From the NCBI GenBank assembly GCA_021298335.1, contig JAJTEZ010000005.1, forward strand, positions 10,822 through 74,821: 64,000 nucleotides of DNA. Direction: 5' to 3'. Positions 29,434 to 38,674 of this stretch are shown here, in pieces. Position 1 is the stretch's first letter. Each line of letters starts with the position of its first letter. Position numbers and translations under genes: made by a program. The notes beneath the pieces are model-generated. The model saw nothing but the letters and a program-made list of their open reading frames with translations. It was not told the DNA's origin and did not search any database. The DNA is from Saprospiraceae bacterium (GTDB taxonomy: Bacteria; Bacteroidota; Bacteroidia; Chitinophagales; Saprospiraceae).

Positions 29434-30900
29434 TTAACTTTCAATAATTTTAGACTCTATCCAGACCCTGTTTTCAACAGCCGGACTATTTTCAATATTA
29501 TATGCCTGCTTAAAGCCAACCAGCTCCAGCTTTATATCCTTTTGTATTGCATGTATATCCCTGAATTCACGGATTAAATCAAGAATATCATGAGCTATAT
29601 AAAATGTATTTGTTGCATTAATCACAACATTACTGCCTTCAGGTAGGTGTACCAGCGTCTGTTTAATCGAAGCTTTATTTAAAAAGGATACTTCCTGGGT
29701 CAGGTCCAAATGAATTACATCGCCATGGCTGTATTGTTCTTTTCTGAAAAAATAACCTCGTTTTGCATTTCCCAATAAGACATACACAAAACTTATCACC
29801 ATGCCAACAGCAACACCCTTCAATAAATCAATGAAGACAACCGCCAACAAGGTAGCCAGGAAAGGAACAAACTGATACTTGCCCTGTGACCAAAAATGCC
29901 TGATCTTGGAAGGACTTGCCAGTTTATACCCTATAAGCAATAAAATTGCAGCCAACGTTGCCAGTGGTATTTGATTTAGGATTGTCGGAATTGCAAGCAC
30001 AGAAACCAGAAGCATCAACCCGTGTAGAATCGTCGAAGCTTTGGTTTTTGAGCCCGCCTGAATATTAGCTGTTGTTCTCACCACAACTGAAGTCATCGGT
30101 AAGCCACCTATCAACCCACTCAAAATATTTCCAATACCTTGTGCTTTTAACTCATTGTTTGCGCTTGTAAATCTCTTTTGAGAGTCAAGCCTGTCTCCTG
30201 CCTCTATACACAACAAGGTCTCAATTGAAGCCACCACCGCTATAGTCACAGCAATGACCCAAACACGGTTGTCGGCCAGCCCCGCCCATTCCGGAAATGC
30301 AAGTATAGAAGTTATATCTCCGAAACCTTGCATGACAGGTAACGTAACTAAGTGTTCGCCAGAAATAGCAAATGATGACCCTAGTGATATGAAAACAAAA
30401 TTAAGCAATATACCTCCCACCACCGCTATCAAAGCCCCCGGTATTAATTTCATCCTTTTTAAAATGGAAACCCTATCCCATAATAATAACACCGAAAGTG
30501 AAAATAGGGTAATGATGACTGCTCCTGGTTGTATGTTTTCCAATGCTGAAAAAAGAGAACTAATCGTATTTCCTCCTTGCTTTTCAACAAAGTACATATC
30601 CCCTTCAGCGTCCTTATCATAGCCTACCGCGTGAGGAATTTGTTTTAAAAATATAATGACACCTATTCCAGCCAGCATACCCTCTATGACGTTGTTGGGA
30701 AAGTAATTTGCAACGACTCCCGCTTTTATCAATCCGAATATAAACTGAATCACTCCGGCTAAAACTACCGCGGTTAAAAATAATTGGAACTGACCCAGTT
30801 CACCAATGGCCGATAATACAATGGCTGTTAAACCCGCGGCAGGTCCCGTGACGCACACATGAGAATTACTCAAGAAACCTACAACAATTCCCCCTATCAA
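29434..30900 (-). CDS. SulP-family anion (probable bicarbonate) transporter with STAS domain; 5' end ambiguous
   Basis: GPAAGLTAIVLSAIG, SVVVRTTANIQAGSKTKAS. The same frame stays open upstream to 31017 and encodes TM1 (..LVVFLVALPLCLGIALASGAPLFAGIISG) but contains no ATG/GTG/TTG. An ATG at 31001..30999 lies in another frame; see findings. Confidence 0.8.
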   Translation of the reverse strand: MIGGIVVGFLSNSHVCVTGPAAGLTAIVLSAIGELGQFQLFLTAVVLAGVIQFIFGLIKAGVVANYFPNNVIEGMLAGIGVIIFLKQIPHAVGYDKDAEGDMYFVEKQGGNTISSLFSALENIQPGAVIITLFSLSVLLLWDRVSILKRMKLIPGALIAVVGGILLNFVFISLGSSFAISGEHLVTLPVMQGFGDITSILAFPEWAGLADNRVWVIAVTIAVVASIETLLCIEAGDRLDSQKRFTSANNELKAQGIGNILSGLIGGLPMTSVVVRTTANIQAGSKTKASTILHGLMLLVSVLAIPTILNQIPLATLAAILLLIGYKLASPSKIRHFWSQGKYQFVPFLATLLAVVFIDLLKGVAVGMVISFVYVLLGNAKRGYFFRKEQYSHGDVIHLDLTQEVSFLNKASIKQTLVHLPEGSNVVINATNTFYIAHDILDLIREFRDIHAIQKDIKLELVGFKQAYNIENSPAVENRVWIESKIIES

Positions 30901-31148
30901 CCCAGAAATTATACCCGCAAATAAAGGGGCTCCTGAAGCAAGGGCAATACCCAGGCAAAGTGGAAGTGCTACCAGAAAGACAACAAGCTTCTGGATTCCA
31001 TTGTGTGAAATCCCAACTCAACGGAAATACAATGTTGAACTTGTTTTCCGAGAGACAAAACTGTCTTCAAAAAATCCAGAATTAGTTAAAAAATTGTTTT
31101 AGAAAAGATTCTCCTTATCTCCTATCACTAAGAAGCCTGTATGGAAAA

Positions 31149-31457
31149 CTAACTAAAAGATAGTTCGGGTGGACTGAAATGATCTAATGTAAACTGGCAA
31201 TCATGAAAGCCGAATCCCATTCCTTCACCTTTTTGGTCACAAGAAAGAAAATTAGAATTCTTCGAAGTTAAATAAATCTGTATTGTAGATTCTATTGAGT
31301 AATGTTCAAGTTCTGCTTCTTCTTCCAAAGTCGATCTTTCCACCAATTCTTCAGCCAGGATTTGCTGATACCCAAAATAATTTCCAGGCAGAATCATCGT
31401 TATCGTTGATAACGTAAATAAAAACAAAAGAAAATAGGCTGTAAGCTGATGATTCAC
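31149..31457 (-). CDS. Hypothetical small secreted protein (hydrophobic N-terminus, acidic middle, Cys pair)
   Basis: 102-aa ORF with a GTG start, immediately upstream of the second SulP. Its layout is similar to ORF 11279..11659. Confidence 0.4.
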   Translation of the reverse strand: MNHQLTAYFLLFLFTLSTITMILPGNYFGYQQILAEELVERSTLEEEAELEHYSIESTIQIYLTSKNSNFLSCDQKGEGMGFGFHDCQFTLDHFSPPELSFS

Positions 31458-31643
31458 TCGATAATTTTAGTTTGACACACTCAGACTAGTTTAGTTTTAT
31501 TGCCCGTTTGAATTCGAAGAAGACAACTCTCTTTTGGGTATTACGATTTGCCTGTTTTCACAATCCACAATTGACCAATTGCTTTAAACGTAAAAATGGG
31601 AATCTTTGTTCATTTGAAAACTATGTTGAATCAAATATTCTAC

Positions 31644-34600
31644 TTATCTTTTGATAAAATGAATAGCTTCATTTTCTGCAATAGAAAACCAATAATTTCC
31701 TGGTATCAATGCTGAAATATCCACTTCGAAAGTATCTTCTGACTGATTCAACAAGCCTGTTTCCATCGCTTTCTTTCCATCAATTGTATAAATAGAAATC
31801 GTGCCCCGGAAAACATTTGCTCTATTCTTCCTTACTTTTAAGATACTCCCTGCCGGATTTCCTATAATTGTATAATTCTCCTCATTGGAGCCAGAAAATG
31901 AATTCAGTGCTGAAAGATTTCTGCTGCCATTACTAAACCAAACAGCCCATCTCTTGGAAGAAGTCAGCAAAACAGGACTACCGGACGGCATAATCTTACT
32001 TGTAGACAAATTTAAAACTCCTACATTCAAGCCATTTGTTCCCTCATTGTCAAATGCAATGCGGTTATCTTTACTGCTATAGTTAGGATAGCCCAAGGTA
32101 TTGTTTTCAAATAATAAACCCACATCGCCCCGTTCAATATTGGCGCCCAGGATACTCACATTGCCCTCTTCATCCAAATAATCGAAACAAATGATGTAGG
32201 GACTGTTTTTGGAAAATGACGGATTTCCCACGCTGACATCTTCCGGAAGTGAGGTAAACAACTTTTCTACCCTGCCGCTTCCAAAATCATCTAGTTCGTT
32301 ATCCCAAACCTGTAAAAAACTGATGTCCCAATAGGTAATATCTCCCGCTGTATTGCTGGAAATCTGGTTTTCAGCATCATACATGACATATTCACCCGAA
32401 ATATCAAACTCCATGGCGTCCGCATACAATACATCTCCCGTTGAAACGCCCGTTGAAAATGTCGGGTTATACAATTCAAAATCCTGCTCTGTATTCGACT
32501 CAAAATCATAGACCAGAATCTGAGGTGTTTGATCATCAAACAATGCAGCTATTCTTCCACCATCCTTTGAGATTACAATGTTGCGCCAGACAGGATTGTT
32601 GTCAAGAGACTGATCTGCTGTAAACTTGGCCTGTGCCCAGTCGATTGTTGTGTAATACAGCTTTTTGTCAGAAGCCACATATACAATGACTGTACCATCA
32701 TCTGTGATACTGGGCTTACTTAAAATGGATTTTGGAGACAGCTTTGCAAGCTCTTTTCCATCCTTGTCCAATAAAAACAAACCCACATTGCTGGGCCCAG
32801 TTGTGAGAAGAAATTCAGTGCCGGGATTCATAGACACATCATCTTCATAATCACCTCCTGTTTCACCCACGATGCCCACCTCATCAAACGCCTTACGGGC
32901 GGCATTCACTTCCGTTGCACCAAATAAATCACCTGCTGCCTTGACAACCGCAACTCTGCAATCGACAAACTGTGATGACTTTGTCAGATACAAGGACAAA
33001 GCTCGGTAATACACCTTTTCTGCCTTGTCCTTGCCAACCGCTGTGGCAAACTTAAAAAATGCAAAATTGGGTATACCACTGTTGATATGAACACCTCCGT
33101 TGTCTTGTGTACCTTTAAACCGTTCGTTGTAATGTCGTGGCTGCCACCCATTGTTAAAATCATTCGTGGCTGCGCCGTTGTGCGGATCTTCCATGTTGCG
33201 CAATGCACCTGACGGAAAAGACGCAACTTTGACCACGTCCTCTCCGATCTTCCAGTCATCACGATCAATCATAGCTCCAAAAATATCTGCAAATGATTCA
33301 TTCAAAGCGCCCGACTCTCCTTCATACTCAAGATTAGCAGTATTTTGCACTACTCCATGAGTCATTTCATGACCCGCCACATCGAGACCCCTGGCTAAAG
33401 GCAAAAATGCACCATCGCCATTCCCATAAAACATGGCCTGCCCATTCCAAAACGCATTACCCAGAGATGAACCATCCTCATCGGCCACATTGATCAAAGA
33501 GATAATGTTTCCGCCATTTCCATTAATCGATTTTCTATTGTGAATGTTTCTGAAATATTCAAAGGCTTTGCCTCCATTATAATGTGACGAAACTGCGGTT
33601 TTATTGCTCCAGATATTGTTTGATGAAGTGACATGGTCATACCTGAAATCATCCTTGACCGGCGATGAGTTGAATGCATCTATGGTCCAGATAACACCAT
33701 TCGGATCGTTTGGTAATTCTGATGGAACAGAACTAAACATATCCCTCGACCCGTCAATCATGAAAAATTTACCGGAAACTTCATACGTGTTGATCAAACG
33801 ATTGATATTGAATAAGTCCTGAGCATTGGCTGTAGCCTTTCCATCCAATATATCTTCCGGAACTTCGGCATGTGTACATTGTTTTCCGTGCTCATGGTTA
33901 TGGTGAAACTTACAAATACTTTGAAATTTTTTTAAAACACTGCCTTTCGTAGCATGGATAAAATATTCCCATCTCTCAATTAAGTTTTTATAAGTCGTAA
34001 TATGATAGGCAGGAATCAAAACCCCCTCCTTCCAGAGATATACCAGGCGGTTTGTCGTTTCCATTGAACCTGCATGTCCAATATCATTTTTGTAATCAGG
34101 ACGCTCTCCCAAGTCCTCTTCTACCAAACCAACTGCATGTGCTGCTGAAAAAACAACCTCTCCTTCCACCCGGTCTGTTGAAGGGAAATAGTGTCCATTG
34201 ACAAACTCCATCTGATCCCCTCTGCCATGAACGATGACTTCAGCGCCGTAGATGGGAATATTTCGGTATGCCTGAGAAAATTTTACATGGACCATACCCA
34301 GCTCATCTGTGACAGTTTCAGACATTTTCCATTCCTCTTCCGGAGTTTGAATCCTCATCAGAGACGCCGCTTCAGAAAGATACCTGGCGGCAAGTACTCC
34401 TGCAGGCTGACCTTTGGCTACCTCTGCTGTTCCTGTCCCCTGAATGTAGGCAGGCACTTTTCTGTCGGTCAAAAATCCTGCTATCAAACCGGTTTCTGCT
34501 TCAGTTAGCTTTGCGGTTGCTATTGGTCTGAAGGCAACTTTCTGTTGTTCGGAGACAGATCCTTTGCTGATTTGCCAGGCAGGAGGTTGTATCTTTACTG

Positions 34601-34709
34601 AACTTCTATACCCTTGGGGCACCGTGCCAAATGGAATGGTTTTAAATTGAGCATGAGCTGTCGCTGTAATTCCAATTAAAAGGATAAAAAGGCGTAAAAG
34701 AATTCCCAT
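31644..34709 (-). CDS. Secreted M4 (thermolysin-family) zinc metalloprotease with a large C-terminal extension and a T9SS sorting domain
   Basis: VAGHEMTHGV (HExxH) plus GALNESFADIFG. The C-terminus IGNPAGSILKV...ISIYTIDGKKA...GNYWFSI resembles a Por/T9SS CTD. I chose the ATG at 34709 (MGILLRLFILLIGITATAHAQ signal peptide). Confidence 0.85.
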   Translation of the reverse strand: MGILLRLFILLIGITATAHAQFKTIPFGTVPQGYRSSVKIQPPAWQISKGSVSEQQKVAFRPIATAKLTEAETGLIAGFLTDRKVPAYIQGTGTAEVAKGQPAGVLAARYLSEAASLMRIQTPEEEWKMSETVTDELGMVHVKFSQAYRNIPIYGAEVIVHGRGDQMEFVNGHYFPSTDRVEGEVVFSAAHAVGLVEEDLGERPDYKNDIGHAGSMETTNRLVYLWKEGVLIPAYHITTYKNLIERWEYFIHATKGSVLKKFQSICKFHHNHEHGKQCTHAEVPEDILDGKATANAQDLFNINRLINTYEVSGKFFMIDGSRDMFSSVPSELPNDPNGVIWTIDAFNSSPVKDDFRYDHVTSSNNIWSNKTAVSSHYNGGKAFEYFRNIHNRKSINGNGGNIISLINVADEDGSSLGNAFWNGQAMFYGNGDGAFLPLARGLDVAGHEMTHGVVQNTANLEYEGESGALNESFADIFGAMIDRDDWKIGEDVVKVASFPSGALRNMEDPHNGAATNDFNNGWQPRHYNERFKGTQDNGGVHINSGIPNFAFFKFATAVGKDKAEKVYYRALSLYLTKSSQFVDCRVAVVKAAGDLFGATEVNAARKAFDEVGIVGETGGDYEDDVSMNPGTEFLLTTGPSNVGLFLLDKDGKELAKLSPKSILSKPSITDDGTVIVYVASDKKLYYTTIDWAQAKFTADQSLDNNPVWRNIVISKDGGRIAALFDDQTPQILVYDFESNTEQDFELYNPTFSTGVSTGDVLYADAMEFDISGEYVMYDAENQISSNTAGDITYWDISFLQVWDNELDDFGSGRVEKLFTSLPEDVSVGNPSFSKNSPYIICFDYLDEEGNVSILGANIERGDVGLLFENNTLGYPNYSSKDNRIAFDNEGTNGLNVGVLNLSTSKIMPSGSPVLLTSSKRWAVWFSNGSRNLSALNSFSGSNEENYTIIGNPAGSILKVRKNRANVFRGTISIYTIDGKKAMETGLLNQSEDTFEVDISALIPGNYWFSIAENEAIHFIKR

Positions 34710-34714
34710 GTTTA

Positions 34715-35176
34715 TTATTTTTTTTGATCCTGCAAGATTGCAATTTGATTCCATAAAAAGCGATGAAATTGATATAAGATTTCCGGCTGACCGGATTCCT
34801 TGCCCCAAATTAGTTTTTTGACAGTTCCTGCCTTATGCCGTTCGATAAAATAGTATGTATTGCCTGGAGCATGAGTATCCATTTCCTCAAGATTTTGAGT
34901 TTCATAGACAAAAAATGCCTGTCGCGCCCATTTTATATCCATGATTCCAACTTTCTCATATTGAGAGGCTTTTTTCTGATAAAGTAAGCCCTTTGAGGTC
35001 AAAAGATAAGCTGTTTCCCTCCCTGTAAATCCACCTCCTGTTCCTATGAGCAAAGAATCTGCTCCCATCTCTGATTCGCTTAAAACCGAAGGAACAATAG
35101 CACAGGAGAAAAATGTCAGAATCAGAAAAAGACAGCAGATGAACTTTTGAAAAGATAGATGCATAAAGATTTTCAA
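34715..35176 (-). CDS. Hypothetical lipoprotein
   Basis: Lipobox LTFFSC; 153 aa. Its stop lies 5 nt before the protease ATG. Confidence 0.55.
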   Translation of the reverse strand: MKIFMHLSFQKFICCLFLILTFFSCAIVPSVLSESEMGADSLLIGTGGGFTGRETAYLLTSKGLLYQKKASQYEKVGIMDIKWARQAFFVYETQNLEEMDTHAPGNTYYFIERHKAGTVKKLIWGKESGQPEILYQFHRFLWNQIAILQDQKK

Positions 35177-35267
35177 TTACTGGACTTCAAACAAATATAT
35201 CAATAATTGCCAAGAAAGTAACGCAAAGAAATAAAAACAAAAAAGTGAAAAACAAAATATTTTGTCA

Positions 35268-35301
35268 TCACATCTGATGACAAAATATTGATTTTAAATG
35301 A
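35268..35301 (-). terminator. Rho-independent terminator downstream of the polyprenyl synthase remnant
   Basis: Perfect 15-bp stem AATATTTTGTCATCA / TGATGACAAAATATT with a 4-nt loop. In the - sense it is followed by TTTTGTTTTTCACTTTTTTG. Confidence 0.7.
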
Positions 35302-35353
35302 CAATGTAGATGTAAAAAATCCGGGGTTTTGTCAGAAGAAGGCAGGGTAGAAC

Positions 35354-36165
35354 TTACGACTCCCTCGCAATAAACTGACCTATAAACGATTGTAATGCCT
35401 TCTTCTCATCAGGTAGGACGTGCGCGGCCTCCAGATGAGAAAGAGCCAGGTCCCTGTAAGCCTCGACCAGCTGAGCAGTGTATTCCTGCACCAGAGTTTG
35501 CCGGAAGATGGCTGTCACTTCCTGTATTTTGGATTCTTCAGACACTGTTTCTGTTTGAGAATACAGGTGTATCAGCCGCTCTTGTTGTTGTTGATCGGCC
35601 AGTTCAAGGGCTTTGAGATATAGGTATGTCTTTTTGTTTTGTAATATATCTCCTCCTATTTTAAGGTAATCATCTGAATATATTCAGTCAATGTGACATC
35701 AGACCTTTTTTCAAAGTCCATATCCAATTGCTGTCCTTCACAAACCTCAAATGCCATTTTGTTAAAAATCTGCAACAGCGAATTGACCAACTCAGGTTGC
35801 CGGTAATCAAGCAAGTACTGATACGACTGAATCATCATCACATCACCTGTCAAAATAGCCGTGTTTAATCCATATTTTTCATGGACAGTAGGCTTTCCCC
35901 GACGTAAGCCCGCATTATCCATGATATCATCGTGGAGAAGCGTAAAACTATGAAACACCTCCACCGCCAATGCTGCAGGCAATGCTTCAGCCGGTTCCTT
36001 TCCAAACAATCTGCAGCCAAGCAATACAAAAACAGGCCTCATTCTCTTCCCCCCTATGGAAAGAATATAGTCTGCAGGACTATACAAATTCACCGGCTCC
36101 CTTGTCAGAGGGTGATTGGTCAGATATTGCTCAAATTGTTCCTTGAGGGGCCGAATCAATTCCAT
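35354..36165 (-). pseudogene. Polyprenyl-diphosphate synthase (IdsA/GGPPS-like) with an internal out-of-frame deletion
   Basis: The N-terminal 169 aa (FARM LHDDIMD present) end at ..EYIQMITLK* (stop 35656..35658). A different frame continues IGGDILQNKKTYLYLKALE...ARES* to 35354. The segment that normally carries the second Asp-rich motif is absent. Confidence 0.7.
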
Positions 36166-36265
36166 CTTTTTTCCTTTTTGTATTTCTATTTGAACTATTC
36201 AGTCTGTTACGCTCCCTTATTGGGCTTTAAATTGAACGGATGTAGGACCATGCAGACAAACAGTT

Positions 36266-36958
36266 TTATGTGATCAAAAATCTGATATATTTAATTTTTC
36301 TCCCCACTGCCAAATGAGCAGTCTCATAATATGTCTTATATTCCAGTTCCTGGAAAGGCAAAGGCTTACTGTAAATGTCGTCATCAAAATAAATAATTTC
36401 AGCCCCTTCAAAACCGGAAAGAGTGTCCAGCGTAAACTGATAGAGCGTAGGGTCGTCTGTTTTCAAATGAATCAAAGCTCCCGGCCGAAGAAAACTCTTG
36501 TACCTCGTCAGAAATCTTTCTGATGTCAACCGTTTGCTTTCCTTGCTTTCCCGCAAAAAGGGATCCGGAAACGTAATCCAAATGCCGGATACCTCTTCCC
36601 TGCCGAAAAACAAATCTATTTGCTCAATCCGCGTACGTAAAAAAGCCGCATTTGCAAGGCCTCTCTCCAATGCAATCGAAGCGCCCTGCCACATTCTGGC
36701 ACCTTTTACATCTACCCCAATAAAGTTTTGAGAAGCATATGCTTGAGCAAGAGCAACAGTATATTCGCCACGTCCGCAAGCCAGTTCAAGAATAATATCC
36801 TGATTGTTTCCAAAATGCTGTCCAGCCCAGTTTCCTTTCATCTCTACAGCTACTCCAGGAGCCGACACAAGCTGGGGGTGCTTCGGATCAAAGTTTTCAT
36901 ATACGTTAGAATATGAATGTAAATCTGCAAATTTGCTGAGTTTGTTCTTTTTCCCCAT
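36266..36958 (-). CDS. trmB: tRNA (guanine-N7)-methyltransferase
   Basis: ILELACGRGEYTVALA, IWITFPDPF. I chose the ATG at 36958 (MGKKNKLSKF). Confidence 0.85.
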   Translation of the reverse strand: MGKKNKLSKFADLHSYSNVYENFDPKHPQLVSAPGVAVEMKGNWAGQHFGNNQDIILELACGRGEYTVALAQAYASQNFIGVDVKGARMWQGASIALERGLANAAFLRTRIEQIDLFFGREEVSGIWITFPDPFLRESKESKRLTSERFLTRYKSFLRPGALIHLKTDDPTLYQFTLDTLSGFEGAEIIYFDDDIYSKPLPFQELEYKTYYETAHLAVGRKIKYIRFLIT

Positions 36959-37071
36959 AATGGAAATGATTGAATGCAAAAGTACAGATATTGCCCCATA
37001 CCCGCAACTGAATTGCAGGGTCAGGGCAGTGAGAGAAAAAACGTATCTTTGCATTTTTAAAAAAATTAGGT

Positions 37072-37929
37072 ATGTCTTACCGGTTTAAAATCATGGCCCT
37101 GATTCTTATCCTCTCTGGAAGTTTGGGTGCGCAAAGTTTCGGGATTCGTGCAGGGTTGAATTATACAAAATTTGGAGGACCCCTTGAATCAAATGTCAAT
37201 GAGAACTTCAGTCTAGCCAATGGCTTTCATTTTGGCATCAATTACGCCTACCCAATCGCTGACCAGTTTTCTGTCAGAGGTGAAGTGGTCTACACTCAGA
37301 TAGGTACAGGATATTCTTATGATGGTCCTTCGTTTTATAAAATACCTTTGGGAAATGCCTTTGTGTACGAAAAAGGAAATTCCACAATAGAAATGAAGGT
37401 CTCTAATGCCTATGTGAGTATTCCTTTGGCGTTGAGCTGGCAGGTATCCAAAAAATGGGAAATTTCTGCCGGGGCCTATGTGTCTTTTCTTGTGGGTCCA
37501 CGAGGAAACGGCACCCTGTATTTCGAGAAAAACACAGATTCCTTGTTTTTTAAGCAATCTCTGATTCATAACTACAATAATGATGTGGCAGGCGGTACGG
37601 CCACAGGAACAATTGGTCCTTCCGTTTGGGTAGATGGCAAAATCGTTACTCTTGCAAGAGATGCAGGTGCTTACTACAATTATCTATCAACTGAAAAAAC
37701 GGGAAAACTTTACAATTTTATGGATGTAGGTCTGACCGGCAACGTGAATTACTTTATCAATAAAGGTTTTTATGTGGGGCTGAAATATTCTTATGGTCTG
37801 CTTGATGTCACCAATAATGAAATGGATGTTCTTCGGAAAGAATATGACGAAACCACAAACAGGGCAATACCCGCCAATCACTTCGACCGAAATTTGGGGT
37901 TTGAAGTGTCCTTTGGATTCAGGTTTTAA
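37072..37929 (+). CDS. Outer-membrane beta-barrel (porin-family) protein
   Basis: Signal peptide, alternating beta-strand pattern, and C-terminal ..EVSFGFRF. Confidence 0.65.
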   Translation: MSYRFKIMALILILSGSLGAQSFGIRAGLNYTKFGGPLESNVNENFSLANGFHFGINYAYPIADQFSVRGEVVYTQIGTGYSYDGPSFYKIPLGNAFVYEKGNSTIEMKVSNAYVSIPLALSWQVSKKWEISAGAYVSFLVGPRGNGTLYFEKNTDSLFFKQSLIHNYNNDVAGGTATGTIGPSVWVDGKIVTLARDAGAYYNYLSTEKTGKLYNFMDVGLTGNVNYFINKGFYVGLKYSYGLLDVTNNEMDVLRKEYDETTNRAIPANHFDRNLGFEVSFGFRF

Positions 37930-37975
37930 GTCTCCTCAAAAAGGCTATCCGCTTAAATAAATGTCATAGAAAAAT

Positions 37976-38662
37976 ATGATCAAGCCTTCAACCCTCCATT
38001 TTTTGACAGACCTTGCAGAAAATAACCATAAACCCTGGTTAGATGCAAACAAAAAAATATATTCCACGGCAAAACAAAATTGTCTGGATCTAACCTCTGC
38101 CCTTCTTTCAGAGATGCAAAAGTTTGATGCTGGCCTGGAGCCCCTTCAACCAAAGGATTGTATGTTCAGAATCAACCGGGACATCCGCTTCTCAGCAGAC
38201 AAGTCTCCGTACAAAAGCCACTTTGGTATTGCCATGCACATTGGGGGGAAAAAGTCTGGCCTGGCAGCATACTATTTACACATTGAACCAGAAAAGTCAT
38301 TTGTGGGCGGGGGTGTTTGGATGCCGGAGGCTCCAGCTCTGAAAAAAATCCGAAAGGAAATCCATTATTTTCCTAAGGAATGGACCTCTATTCTCAATAA
38401 TCCGGATTTTATCAGAGTTTATAATACCCCTGATGAAGAAAGTGGTGCAAAACTCAGCAGACCTCCCAAGGGATTTGATGCAGAAGATCCTATGATTGAA
38501 TGGATCAAACTAAAAAGTTTTACCGCAACCCGCCCAGTTTCAAACGAACAACTTTGTTCTGAAAAAGCACTTCCTATAGTCATCGATGCATGGAAAAGCT
38601 TGAAACCGATGCTGCAGTTTTTAAATAGTGGCATGTTAAGTGACGAAGAAGGTGGCCTATAA
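37976..38662 (+). CDS. DUF2461 / TIGR02453-family protein
   Basis: FLTDLAENNHKPWLDANKKIY ... FRINRDIRFSADKSPYKSHF. Confidence 0.7.
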   Translation: MIKPSTLHFLTDLAENNHKPWLDANKKIYSTAKQNCLDLTSALLSEMQKFDAGLEPLQPKDCMFRINRDIRFSADKSPYKSHFGIAMHIGGKKSGLAAYYLHIEPEKSFVGGGVWMPEAPALKKIRKEIHYFPKEWTSILNNPDFIRVYNTPDEESGAKLSRPPKGFDAEDPMIEWIKLKSFTATRPVSNEQLCSEKALPIVIDAWKSLKPMLQFLNSGMLSDEEGGL

Positions 38663-38674
38663 CCTAAAACACAA

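Noticed and set aside
31018-31020. The in-frame TGA upstream of SulP gene 2 might be recoded (Sec, Trp or Gly), extending the ORF further upstream.
   Set aside because: TGA clearly acts as a stop elsewhere in the window (for example the dabA stop in the ATGA overlap and the nuoG stop). The extended frame also has no start codon before the next stop (TAA), and it shows no SulP-like sequence.
35657-35680. At the junction in the broken IdsA-like gene, the alternative frame reads S-D-D-Y-L-K-I-G-G-D, which resembles the missing DDxxD motif.
   Set aside because: The same nucleotides encode the well-conserved ..IQMITLK of the N-terminal frame, and the spacing from DDYL to GGD is far too short compared with family members. 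I treat it as coincidence, although a microhomology-mediated deletion cannot be excluded.
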